From assembly GCA_963809485.1 (NCBI GenBank), contig CAWEJX010000007.1:512001-576000 (forward strand): DNA of 64,000 nucleotides, read 5' to 3'. The position numbers were made by a program, and so were the translations under genes. Positions within the stretch are counted from its first letter, which is position 1; the number at the start of each line of letters is the position of its first letter. A model generated the notes under the pieces. The model had not been told where the DNA came from, made no database searches, and saw only the letters and a list, made by a program, of their open reading frames with translations. The DNA comes from an uncultured Acidobacteriota bacterium. GTDB taxonomy: Bacteria > Acidobacteriota > UBA6911. Below are positions 19,518 to 29,093 of this stretch, in pieces.

Positions 19518-20381
19518 CTAATCCGGAATGTAGTTTTTCAGGAGATGGCGCTCGATGTATTCGCGGACTGCGCCTTGCCAGGGCCGCAACGGAGGCACTC
19601 CGTCCCGTTCCAGGCGGGAATTGGCGAGAACCGAATTGGCCGGGCGCAGCGCCGGGCGCGGAAACTCGCGCGTCGATACCGGCGTGACCGGCACGCCCTC
19701 TATTCCCATGAATTCCAAAGCCTTAACCGCCAGATCATACCACGTGCAGAATCCGCTGTTTGTGAGGTGGTAGGTGGACCTGCAGCCTGCTTCTACCATC
19801 CGCAAGGTGTGCGACGCCACGTCCTCGGAAAACGAGGGGCTGCCCCTCTGATCGTTGACCACGCGCAGGGGCGTCCCCTTCCAGGCCAGATCCACGATAG
19901 TTCGGATGAAATTGGGACCATTCCGGCCAAAAAGCCAGGACGTGCGCAGTATCAAGTGGTCCGCACACTGGCGGCGCACAAGCTCCTCGCCCCGGAGTTT
20001 GGATTTTCCGTATACGCTTTGCGGATTCGGGGCATCCCCCTCCAGGTATGCTCCCACCTTCTGTCCGTCGAAGACGTAATCGGTGCTGTAATGCACCAAT
20101 AAAGCGCCGCATTCGGCTGCTGCCTTGGCCAGATTGCCGGCCCCTTCGCCGTTTACAAGGAACGCTTCCCTCTCGTTGGATTCGCAATAGTCCACCTTGG
20201 TGAGAGCCGCGGCGTTGATCACGGCAGCCGGCCTGAAGTCCTGAATCTGCTCAAGACATTGCTCCGGACGGGTGATATCCATCTCCTGCTGGTCAACGCC
20301 TCGGACTTGATGGCACGATCCGAACCGTGCCATCAGGTCCGAGCCGAGCATTCCCAGGCACCCGACGATCAGAACTTTCAT
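19518..20381 (-). CDS. rfbD: dTDP-4-dehydrorhamnose reductase
   Basis: GCLGMLG, STDYVFDG, YGKSK, VVNDQRGSP. Confidence 0.94.
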   Translation of the reverse strand: MKVLIVGCLGMLGSDLMARFGSCHQVRGVDQQEMDITRPEQCLEQIQDFRPAAVINAAALTKVDYCESNEREAFLVNGEGAGNLAKAAAECGALLVHYSTDYVFDGQKVGAYLEGDAPNPQSVYGKSKLRGEELVRRQCADHLILRTSWLFGRNGPNFIRTIVDLAWKGTPLRVVNDQRGSPSFSEDVASHTLRMVEAGCRSTYHLTNSGFCTWYDLAVKALEFMGIEGVPVTPVSTREFPRPALRPANSVLANSRLERDGVPPLRPWQGAVREYIERHLLKNYIPD

Positions 20382-20422
20382 ATTGAGCCGTTTGGCTATA
20401 AACAGGATGCCATGCACCCATT

Positions 20423-20457
20423 CGGTGAGGACGGCTCTCCGGAGATCGTCTTCACCG
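20423..20457. repeat. short palindromic repeat (same family as 3066-3096)
   Basis: CGGTGAGGACGG CTCTCCGGAG ATCGTCTTCACCG. Confidence 0.65.
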
Positions 20458-20489
20458 GAAGTAGGCGGCCTTGCGCAGGATGGAGCGGA

Positions 20490-21518
20490 TCAGCGCTCGG
20501 ATAGAGTCTGACGGCGCTGCCGGTACATCCGGTCGTAATACGTCAGGTATTCTCCGCTGCGCACATGTTCCACCCAAACAGAGTTCCGGCAATACCAGTC
20601 GATGGTTTCCTCGAGCCCGGCTTCGAACCGGATCTGGGCGCGCCAGTTCAATTGCTTTTCCAGCCTGGAGGGATCCATGGCGTAGCGCCGGTCGTGCCCC
20701 GGGCGGTCCTCCACAAATGTCAGCAGGTTTTCGTCCTTTTTTAATAGCCGGAGGATGCGGCGCGCAACCTCGAGATTGGGGAGCTCTTGCCTCGATCCGA
20801 TGTTGTATACCTCCCCGGGCTCCCCCTGGTGCAGGACCGCATCGATGGCCGCGCAGTGGTCCCGGACGTGGATCCAGTCGCGCACATTCAGGCCGTCTCC
20901 GTATAGGGGCAGGGGAATTCCCGAAAGGGCGTTGCTGATCAGCAGCGGGATCAGCTTTTCAGGGAACTGGTACGGTCCGTAGTTGTTGGAGCACCGGGTA
21001 ATGATCGCAGGAAAGCCGTGAGTGCGATGATAGCTTCGGACCAGCAAATCCGCCGAAGCTTTGCTGGCTGCGTATGGGCTGTTTGGCTGTATGGCGCTGA
21101 GTTCCGTGAATGCACCCGATGAACCGAGACTGCCGTAAACCTCGTCCGTGGAAATCTGCACGAAACGCCCGGTTTTGTTTTTGCGGCATAACTCCAGGAG
21201 GTTGTGCGTCCCGATGATGTTGGTGCGGATGAACTCCGACGATTGAAGAATGCTGCGGTCCACGTGGGATTCAGCTGCAAAATTGACAATGGCATCCACA
21301 CCGCCGGCAAGAATCCGGCCAACCGCGTCCGCGTCGCAAATGTCCCCCTGGATGAATTGATGGCGCGAATCCTTTTCCAGGCCGGAGAGGTTTTCGAGAT
21401 TGCCGGCGTAGGTGAGCTTGTCGAGGTTCAGCACCCGGTAACCCGGGTGCTTATCGAGCGTGTAACGCACGAAATTGGACCCAATAAAACCGGCGCCTCC
21501 GGTTATTAAAATCCTCAT
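20490..21518 (-). CDS. rfbB: dTDP-glucose 4,6-dehydratase
   Basis: TGGAGFIGS, AAESHVDRS, STDEVYG, YAASK, DRPGHDRRY. Confidence 0.96.
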   Translation of the reverse strand: MRILITGGAGFIGSNFVRYTLDKHPGYRVLNLDKLTYAGNLENLSGLEKDSRHQFIQGDICDADAVGRILAGGVDAIVNFAAESHVDRSILQSSEFIRTNIIGTHNLLELCRKNKTGRFVQISTDEVYGSLGSSGAFTELSAIQPNSPYAASKASADLLVRSYHRTHGFPAIITRCSNNYGPYQFPEKLIPLLISNALSGIPLPLYGDGLNVRDWIHVRDHCAAIDAVLHQGEPGEVYNIGSRQELPNLEVARRILRLLKKDENLLTFVEDRPGHDRRYAMDPSRLEKQLNWRAQIRFEAGLEETIDWYCRNSVWVEHVRSGEYLTYYDRMYRQRRQTLSER

Positions 21519-22283
21519 CTAGCTCTCCTGATTCCGGATCGATTGCTCGACCTTTCCCTTTTCCTTCGCCGCGTTCCGGCAGACCAGGTTGGACGCATGC
21601 AGAAGCGATTCGAAAGTCCCGGCATCCGTCCACCAGCCGTCCAGTATGTCGAAATGCATACTGTTGTGGTTTATATAGGCGTTGTTCACGTCGGTGATCT
21701 CGAGCTCCCCCCGTTTCGACGGTTTCAGCGTTTTGATGATCTCGAAGACTTCCGAATCGTACATATAGATGCCTGTTACGGCGTATTTGGAGGCCGGCTT
21801 ATCCGGCTTTTCATCGATCCGCACAATCTGGCTTCCCCGTATCTCCGGGACGCCGAACCGCTGGGGATCCGGGACCTCCTTCAGAAGAATGCGGGCGCCG
21901 GAATTCTGTTTGCGGAAATTCTCGACATAGGGCGAAATCGAGCTTTCCACGATGTTGTCCCCCAGGATGACACAGATAGGATTCTTGTCCGCGAAAAACT
22001 CCGCCAGGGACAATGCGGCTGCAATACCCCCTTCGCCTTCCTGGTAGGCGTAATTGATATGGTTCAGGCCGAATTCCCTGCCGTTTCCCAGAAGGCGCAG
22101 AAAGTCCCCGGCATTCTTCCCCCCGGTGACGATCAGAATGTCACGAATGCCTGCCTCCACCATCCTTTCGATGGGATAGTAGATCATCGGTCTGTCGTAA
22201 ATCGGCAGCAGATGCTTGTTGGTTACCTTCGTGAGCGGGTAAAGCCTCGTCCCCAGCCCTCCCGCCAGCACAATTCCTTTCAT
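21519..22283 (-). CDS. rfbA: glucose-1-phosphate thymidylyltransferase (short form)
   Basis: LAGGLGTRLYP, KHLLPIYD, PSKRGELEITD, WTDAGT. Confidence 0.92.
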   Translation of the reverse strand: MKGIVLAGGLGTRLYPLTKVTNKHLLPIYDRPMIYYPIERMVEAGIRDILIVTGGKNAGDFLRLLGNGREFGLNHINYAYQEGEGGIAAALSLAEFFADKNPICVILGDNIVESSISPYVENFRKQNSGARILLKEVPDPQRFGVPEIRGSQIVRIDEKPDKPASKYAVTGIYMYDSEVFEIIKTLKPSKRGELEITDVNNAYINHNSMHFDILDGWWTDAGTFESLLHASNLVCRNAAKEKGKVEQSIRNQES

Positions 22284-22407
22284 GAGCTGAACCTCGTGTC
22301 CTTTACGTATTCCGGATCAAGCTGCAGCTCGTCCGAATAATGCCGCTACTATATCACAACGCCCCGGATGGCCGTTTTGCGGGATCGGGCATATCCTTTC
22401 CACCGCT

Positions 22408-23160
22408 CTATCGGCTCTTGATGCGCAATTCATGGAGTTTGGCATATTTGAAAAAAACCGAAACCGCACCCATGACGGCCACCGTGAAGCCCGGCATTCC
22501 GTCCATGAATCCGCGCTTCAGCAGGTAAGCCTTTATAAATGCGGCTGCCGTATTCCCTGTCAGGTTCAGAAAAGTGGCCGTCTTTCCCTTTTGCTCATAA
22601 TCCAGCGCCGCCAGCGTCGAGTAGGTCTCCAGGCGTTTCAGATAATCGGACAGGCTGCGGTAGGTGTAATGATAGATTTCCCCGTTCAGGATTTCCGGCT
22701 TTCCTCTCATCCTGAATGATTCGTGCACGCGGCCGCCTTCCCATTTGCCGAACCTGCGGTCGAACAGCCGCAGCTGGTAATCCGGATACCAGTCGCCGTG
22801 ACGAATCCAGCGTCCCATGAAAAATGCGACGCGCGGAATTTTATATCCCCGCCCGGAGAATCCCCTGCGGACCAGGTCCTGGATTTCGGTGCGAAGCTCC
22901 GGGCTGGATCTTTCATCGGCATCAAGCGAAAAGACCCAGTCGTTTGCGGCCTTCTCAACGGCGAAATTTTTCTGATCGGCATATCCGGTCCAGTCCCTGT
23001 GGTAAATCCTGTCTGTGAATTGCCCGCAGATTTCCAGAGTGGAGTCGCTGCTTCCGCTGTCCACTACCACGATTTCGTCCGCCCAGGAGACGGATTCCAG
23101 CGCTGCGGCGATGTTGCGCTCTTCGTTAAAGGTGATCAGGGTGGCCGAAATAGCCTGCAT
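22408..23160 (-). CDS. glycosyltransferase family 2 (beta-1,4-glucosyltransferase/WaaE-like)
   Basis: FNEERNI, VVVDSGSSD, LDADE, WYPDYQLRLF; start may be 23178. Confidence 0.9.
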   Translation of the reverse strand: MQAISATLITFNEERNIAAALESVSWADEIVVVDSGSSDSTLEICGQFTDRIYHRDWTGYADQKNFAVEKAANDWVFSLDADERSSPELRTEIQDLVRRGFSGRGYKIPRVAFFMGRWIRHGDWYPDYQLRLFDRRFGKWEGGRVHESFRMRGKPEILNGEIYHYTYRSLSDYLKRLETYSTLAALDYEQKGKTATFLNLTGNTAAAFIKAYLLKRGFMDGMPGFTVAVMGAVSVFFKYAKLHELRIKSR

Positions 23161-23227
23161 GGAGCCCGATTTTATCATGGGATAAGGGATTTTCCTGATT
23201 TCAATATAAATCGTGCAAATGAAGATC

Positions 23228-23296
23228 TCACGCGGAGGCGCGGAGCTCATGGAGCACAATAATCCAAACCCCCGCGAGCTCCGCGTCTCCGCGTGA
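23228..23296. repeat. inverted repeat TCACGCGGAGGCGCGGAG...CTCCGCGTCTCCGCGTGA
   Basis: Near-perfect ~18-bp arms; relative at 46906-46973. Confidence 0.75.
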
Positions 23297-23387
23297 TACT
23301 GTATTACGCCGCAGCTATCCCACGCCGGGACATCTGTTGCGTTTTTTCCAATAATGTCGGAGGGCTCTCGAGAACCGTTGCCGCAGG

Positions 23388-24374
23388 TCAGGAATCGCGG
23401 GGAGCGATGGGCGCCGTATTGTAGAAGTGCTCCAGCAGGCGGAGCAACTCGCGGTCGGAACGCACGGCGGTCCGGCGGTTTTCCCTTCGCTTGCGGATTA
23501 CGGCCGGAAGGTTTGCCAGACCGGTGAAGACAGCCCAGTAGAAGGGCCAGTCCAAGCACATCCAGCTCATGAGCATCCGCCCTGCCAGAGAGGCCAGGTG
23601 CGAGCCGAACATGCCCTTGTCGTGGAGCAGAAGCCAGTGCATCACGATGCGGCTTCGGCGCGAAAGGCGTTCCAGGGATCGGCGTTTGTAGCGCCGCTTC
23701 ATCGTCTGGCTGGCATCATGATAGGCGATACTGCGCGGTTCATATTGGATGAGCCAGCCGCGTTTCCAGCCCCGGTAGGAAATTTCAATGTCCTCATACA
23801 TCGCGGTCAAAGGCTCGAATCCGCCGATCTCGAGGAACTTTTCCCGGTCGTAGGTTGAAAAAGCGGCAATTGCTGCGAAGGAAAGAAACGAAGACCCGCC
23901 TCCGTTTTGAGGCGAGCAGTCATAATTCCGGTAATTGCTCCACATGCCGCGGCGGAAACGGGCGATCTTGCCCCCGTTGCAGAAGACATCCCCCTTCTGG
24001 TTGAACATCTTCCCGGTTACGGCAAAAACAGCCGGATCCTTGAAATGGCCGGCCATGGGAGCAATGCAGTCCGCCTCGAGCCGGACGTCGTTGTTGAGCA
24101 GGAGGACTATGGGAAAGCGGGCATGAACAAAGCCCGTCTGGCATGCCGCGCAGAATCCCTGGTTTTGATCATGCTCCACCGCCCGCACTTTCCCGGCATA
24201 ATTCGATTGCAGCCATTGCACGGTGCCATCGCCGCCTGCGTCTTCGACGACAATTATCTCGGTTTCCGCTCCCTGGGCGCTCCGGTAAAGGTCCGAGGCG
24301 GCGATCACCGAGGGAAGGTAGTCCTCCAGCAAATGCCTGCCGCGCCACGTCGGTATGACAATGGATACATTCAT
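23388..24374 (-). CDS. glycosyltransferase family 2 (rhamnosyltransferase-like)
   Basis: VSIVIPTW, LLNND, GGF...YEDIEISYR; upstream of rfbABD. Confidence 0.88.
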   Translation of the reverse strand: MNVSIVIPTWRGRHLLEDYLPSVIAASDLYRSAQGAETEIIVVEDAGGDGTVQWLQSNYAGKVRAVEHDQNQGFCAACQTGFVHARFPIVLLLNNDVRLEADCIAPMAGHFKDPAVFAVTGKMFNQKGDVFCNGGKIARFRRGMWSNYRNYDCSPQNGGGSSFLSFAAIAAFSTYDREKFLEIGGFEPLTAMYEDIEISYRGWKRGWLIQYEPRSIAYHDASQTMKRRYKRRSLERLSRRSRIVMHWLLLHDKGMFGSHLASLAGRMLMSWMCLDWPFYWAVFTGLANLPAVIRKRRENRRTAVRSDRELLRLLEHFYNTAPIAPRDS

Positions 24375-24440
24375 ATCAGCCGGGGATGGGACTCCTTTGC
24401 CGGCCCCGCCGGTGAAAAGCCGCCGGAAAGGCGGGACCGC

Positions 24441-26111
24441 TTAGGGAGTTACAGCGGAGATTGCCGGAACCGGCTCCTTGACCCTGAAATCCGTCAGGGT
24501 CGAGATCGTGCGGTTCGCGATTTTATCCTGGATCTTTACTTCCAGAGTGTATTTGCCCGGCGAGATCACGGGTTTCAGCGGGATCTTTCCCAGCAATACC
24601 ACACGCTGTCCGTAGAAAAACTGGGCCGAATTGTCCGCCTGGCCCTTGAACTCCTCCACCACCTTTCCGTCATTCTTGACAATGAACGTTACATCCAGCG
24701 ACGGCTTTTGGCTGGTCTGATCCACGGCCATGTTGTAAATCTGCAAATACGGGATCAGATTCTGGCCGGTCTCAAATTCGGACTTCACGTTGGGCAGGAC
24801 CTTAAGGTCTCCGATGACGTACTGCTCCAGTTGATCGGAGCTGGCAAGGGCCTGCGTGATGGAATTGGCGAGAATGATGGTGCTGGACTGCAAGGCCCCA
24901 TCTTCATACTTCGGTACCGTAAGCCCGAGGCTCATGGGCCCCATATTCTTGCTGTTGGTGTCCTTGAGCACCAGGTCCAGCTTGTACCGCTGCCCGGGCG
25001 GCAGGGCGACGATCTTCTGATATATGGAACGGTTATCCTTCCCCTGCTCGAAATACTGGTCCATATACTCGGTCGTAATGACGTCCTCGAACTCGGACAG
25101 GATGCGTCCCGTAAGGCCAGTCACAATTCCGTAGACATTGACCTCGGCGCGGTTGAAGTCCAGTTCCTTCTTGAACTCCAGGTTCCGGTTGCTGAGTTCA
25201 ATCGTAATCGGCACCAGGACTTTGTCGGCCGAAAGCTTGATGTAGTCGATACGGACCGTGTAGGGCAGCGTGTTATAGGTGATGCGCGTGGTGACGGCGG
25301 CCTTCAGGTCCTCAAACTTGATCTGGGGCGGACGCTGCAGATTGAAGTACTGCTCCATGCGCGAGAAAGGCTGGTCTTTGGCACGCATAAACATGTTCTG
25401 GGGATTGCCGGGATCGTTATAGGCGCTGGGATTATAGTAGGCGCGCTGTGACTTGTCGGACAACCCCATCTCCTCCGCCAGCGTCAGACCGGCGTTCGGG
25501 ACGTTGAGCAATGCATCCTTTTCGTCCGGCGTCATCGCCATACGGTACTCGCCCGTCATGGACGGATCGACAAACTCGATCTCGATGTCGTCTCCGATCC
25601 CCTCAATGTGCCGGTACCACCATTTCTCGAAGGGATATGTCGTGGTTGTGCCGCCGCCTTCGTTGAATGGCCTGTTGTATGCGCCACCCGTCGGGTGCTC
25701 TTCCTTTTCATCCGGCGGACCGTACATGATGTAAATGCGTCCCCGGTCGGTTTTCCAGCCGGGAATGCCCGAAGTGAAGCGTTCGTTGGCGTAGGCGATG
25801 CGTCGATAATGCTCTTCTTTGAAGGAATTGTCGGCGGAGCGGGGATCGGGATCCCTGCGCGCCCAGAACTGCTCGATGAAAGCCTCGCGTTCCTCGTCGT
25901 TCTTGAGGTCCTTGAAGACTTTCCTTTCTTCCTCGGAAATAACGTAAAGAACGTCCTCATTGACCCATTTTTTGTAATATGGCGCCCGGTCGCTATCTTG
26001 GCTGGCGGTCTTCTTTTTTGGCCTGTTCTGAGCCGAAGCCGATGGAAAACCGGCGGCACTCAATCCCAGGCCCAGAGCAACCAGAAACAAAAAAAACCTC
26101 GAGAAACGCAT
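24441..26111 (-). CDS. GWxTD domain-containing exported protein
   Basis: Signal peptide; FWARRDP...EEHYRRIAYAN...GWKTDRGRIYIMYGPPD. Confidence 0.92.
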   Translation of the reverse strand: MRFSRFFLFLVALGLGLSAAGFPSASAQNRPKKKTASQDSDRAPYYKKWVNEDVLYVISEEERKVFKDLKNDEEREAFIEQFWARRDPDPRSADNSFKEEHYRRIAYANERFTSGIPGWKTDRGRIYIMYGPPDEKEEHPTGGAYNRPFNEGGGTTTTYPFEKWWYRHIEGIGDDIEIEFVDPSMTGEYRMAMTPDEKDALLNVPNAGLTLAEEMGLSDKSQRAYYNPSAYNDPGNPQNMFMRAKDQPFSRMEQYFNLQRPPQIKFEDLKAAVTTRITYNTLPYTVRIDYIKLSADKVLVPITIELSNRNLEFKKELDFNRAEVNVYGIVTGLTGRILSEFEDVITTEYMDQYFEQGKDNRSIYQKIVALPPGQRYKLDLVLKDTNSKNMGPMSLGLTVPKYEDGALQSSTIILANSITQALASSDQLEQYVIGDLKVLPNVKSEFETGQNLIPYLQIYNMAVDQTSQKPSLDVTFIVKNDGKVVEEFKGQADNSAQFFYGQRVVLLGKIPLKPVISPGKYTLEVKIQDKIANRTISTLTDFRVKEPVPAISAVTP

Positions 26112-26360
26112 GGGGAGACCTCCCTATATTACACTTCCGTAAGGAGATTATAGGTTTTTTAGGCCATTGAGTCAATCTGCGGCCGCCGTTCCCCATTCCC
26201 TCAAGCCGGTCCGGTCGCTTTCTGGAATCTCGAATCGCGGCGTGATCCATATTGAAAATCGGTGCCTGGAATGCGACTATGGACGGCTGCCGGCATGTGC
26301 GAACCTGTGTGCATTTCCCGGCCTGTTATGGATTTTCAAATTATTGGTGAAAGATGACTT

Positions 26361-27356
26361 ATGATGAATCCGCCTGAAAGAATGATCATCGTTTCCGGAA
26401 TCCAGCCCTCGGGCAATCTGCATCTGGGCAATTATTTCGGCGCTGTACAGCAATTCATCCAGCTTATCGAGGAAGGCCATACCTGCTATTACTTCCTGGC
26501 GAACTATCATGCCCTTACCACCATGCGCGATGGAGCAAGGCTGCGAGAACTCACGCGCAGTACGGCTGCCGATTATCTGGCGCTCGGCCTGGATCCCGCT
26601 CGCTGTGCTATCTACCTCCAGAGCGATATGCCGGAAGTGTGCGAGCTTCAATGGTTTCTGACCTGCCAAACCCCGATGGGGCTGCTGGAACGCTGTCATG
26701 CATATAAGGATAAAATCCAGCAGGGAATCCCGGCCGATCACGGGCTGTTCGCCTACCCGGTGCTGATGGCCGCCGATATATTGATCGTGCGCGCCAACCG
26801 CGTTCCTGTCGGACAGGACCAGAAGCAGCACGTGGAGGTGACGCGGGATATTGCAGGGTACTTCAACAATTGCTACGGGGAGCTGTTCACAATTCCGGAA
26901 CCGTATATCCCGGAAAGCGTTGCCACCGTTCCCGGGCGCGACGGGCGAAAGATGTCCAAGTCCTACAACAATACAATCGAGCTTTTCGCAAAGGAAGAGG
27001 ACGTCCGGCAACAGATTTTCTCCATCGTCACCGACTCCGCCTCCGTAGCAGAGCCGAAGGATCCCGACTGCAGCGTGCTTTACTCGATTCTGAAACTGTT
27101 CTGTGACGCAGACGGTTGCGCCTATTGGGCCGACCGATTCCGCAGCGGAGGATTGGGCTACCGTGAGGTGAAGCAGGCCATATTTGACCGCTACATGGAG
27201 CGTTTCGGGCCCGCCCGCGAACGCCGCAAGCAGCTCGAAAGCCGGCCGGATTACATGGATGAGGTGCTCAGGAGAGGCGTGGAACAGGCGCGCAAGGCAG
27301 CCCAGCCGCTGATGAAACAGGTCCGTGACGCCGTCGGAGTGCCGAATTACGAATGA
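26361..27356 (+). CDS. trpS: tryptophan--tRNA ligase
   Basis: SGIQPSGNLHLGNY, YPVLMAADIL, VPVGQDQKQH, KMSKS. Confidence 0.97.
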   Translation: MMNPPERMIIVSGIQPSGNLHLGNYFGAVQQFIQLIEEGHTCYYFLANYHALTTMRDGARLRELTRSTAADYLALGLDPARCAIYLQSDMPEVCELQWFLTCQTPMGLLERCHAYKDKIQQGIPADHGLFAYPVLMAADILIVRANRVPVGQDQKQHVEVTRDIAGYFNNCYGELFTIPEPYIPESVATVPGRDGRKMSKSYNNTIELFAKEEDVRQQIFSIVTDSASVAEPKDPDCSVLYSILKLFCDADGCAYWADRFRSGGLGYREVKQAIFDRYMERFGPARERRKQLESRPDYMDEVLRRGVEQARKAAQPLMKQVRDAVGVPNYE

Positions 27357-27569
27357 CGAAATACGAATTACGAATTAAAACATACAGTGATTAAGGCCTT
27401 ACTCGTCGGCCGGATAGGCAGGGCAAATTGTCCGGATGCAATACCAGATATGACGCAGCGATAGAAAAAGCTATATGAAGGACAAGCATCGGATAAATCG
27501 AGGCGGCGCCCCTATTGAGTGATTTGGTTCAATTCGTCATTCGTAATTCGTCATTCGTCATTCGCAATT
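27343..27569. repeat. element bounded by inverted TTACGAA/TGACGAA heptamer tracts
   Basis: Left GAATTACGAATGACGAAATACGAATTACGAATTAAAACATAC; right AATTCGTCATTCGTAATTCGTCATTCGTCATTCGCAATT. Confidence 0.85.
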
Positions 27570-28969
27570 TGGCAGGCTGCTTCGACTTCCCGGATCGTCT
27601 TCGGAATGCCGGGGCCCAGGACGCGCGTCCCGGTTGCGGTCACCAGCACATCATCCTCGATCCGGATCCCTCCGAAACTGCAATAACTGTTTACCTTGTC
27701 GTAGTTGATAAATTCCTTGTGCTGGCCCTCGCCCTGCCAACGGTCGATCAGGGCAGGTATAAAATATATTCCCGGTTCAACGGTTAATACAAAACCGGTC
27801 TCCAGCGGCCGGCTGAGACGCAGGTAATTCAAACCGAACTGGTTGCTGCGTGGTTCCTTTTTACGGTAGCCGACGATGTCTCCCAGGTCCTCCATGTCGT
27901 GAACGTCCAGGCCCATCATGTGGCCGATCCCGTGCGGAAAGAAGAGTGCATGGGCTCCCGCTTCAACGGCATCCGATGGATTGCCTTTCATCAATCCCAT
28001 GGAGCTCAGGTCTTCGGCCAGAATCCTGCAGGCGCCCAGGTGTACCTCCCGGTACGAAATGCCGGGCCTTATCGCATCGATGGTGCCGAGCTGCATGCGC
28101 AGGACGATCTGGTACACCTCGGCCTGGACGGCGCTGAAGCGCCCGCCGACAGGGCACGTCCTCGTGATATCGGATGCATAATACCGCGGAGACTCAGCCC
28201 CGGAATCGTTCAGCAGAAGCTGTCCGTCTTCAAGAATGCCTTCGCACGAATGGTTGTGGAGCACCTCGCCGTGTACCGTCACGATGGGGTGGAAAGCCTG
28301 CTCCCGGCCGCGGGACAGGGCAACGCCCTGAATCATGCCCGCAATTTCACCCTCCCGCCTGCCGGCCCGGGCTGCTGCCATACACGCCCGGTGCATTTTA
28401 TCCGTGATGCCCAGCGCGTCCTCCATCTCCTCAATCTCGACGTCCTCTTTGACGCTCCTCTGCCCGGCAACCTGCTCCATCAGAATTTGAGAGGAGTTGG
28501 CGGCAATTTCTTCCGGGGTTCCGTGCAGCAGCCGGGAGAGCTGGAACATGGCGGAGGTCCGGTAGGGAGGCAGATACCGTATCTGCATTTCCTGAATTCG
28601 GGCTTTGTCGAGATAATCCTGGAGCCGCTCCAGATCCTCCACAATATCGATCCCCGCATCTCGGGCCAGGTCCTCGCGCGAGCGCACCGGCCCGCTCCAG
28701 ACGATGTCGTCGATGCTTGCGGACCTGGCGAAAAGAACATCGTGATCGGCGTCGGGGAAGGACAGCACCGCAAAATCGGGCTGTGAGATGCCGGTGTAAT
28801 ACAGGAAATGGGAATTCTGCCGGAAAGGGTAGGTGTTATCCGCGTAATTGCGCGGCTCCTGGGCATGCCCCAGCCAGAGGATGACTCCGTCACCGATCTC
28901 CAGGCGAATCCTGTTGCGGCGCTGTCTGTAGATCTCTGTCCAATTTGCCTGTTGTGAATTTGCGCTCAT
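27551..28969 (-). CDS. pepP: Xaa-Pro aminopeptidase (M24B)
   Basis: FRQNSHFLYYTG, YASDITRT, HGIGHMMGLDVHD, TVEPGIY, GIRIEDD. Confidence 0.92.
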   Translation of the reverse strand: MSANSQQANWTEIYRQRRNRIRLEIGDGVILWLGHAQEPRNYADNTYPFRQNSHFLYYTGISQPDFAVLSFPDADHDVLFARSASIDDIVWSGPVRSREDLARDAGIDIVEDLERLQDYLDKARIQEMQIRYLPPYRTSAMFQLSRLLHGTPEEIAANSSQILMEQVAGQRSVKEDVEIEEMEDALGITDKMHRACMAAARAGRREGEIAGMIQGVALSRGREQAFHPIVTVHGEVLHNHSCEGILEDGQLLLNDSGAESPRYYASDITRTCPVGGRFSAVQAEVYQIVLRMQLGTIDAIRPGISYREVHLGACRILAEDLSSMGLMKGNPSDAVEAGAHALFFPHGIGHMMGLDVHDMEDLGDIVGYRKKEPRSNQFGLNYLRLSRPLETGFVLTVEPGIYFIPALIDRWQGEGQHKEFINYDKVNSYCSFGGIRIEDDVLVTATGTRVLGPGIPKTIREVEAACQIANDE

Positions 28970-29093
28970 TTCACCTCCCAGTGCTTTATGTGCACCCGCC
29001 ATTATAGCGCCTGATCTGCAGGGCATGGGTCTGCCGGCTATAAACTGAAATATAGGCCGGTCCTGCTGCCATCCCGTATGACCTTGGCGTTTC

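Noticed and set aside
23907-25451. 514-aa plus-strand ORF and other long antisense ORFs (for example 60672-62168, 39160-40197)
   Set aside because: Shadow ORFs opposite well-supported genes in GC-rich DNA, with no recognisable motifs.
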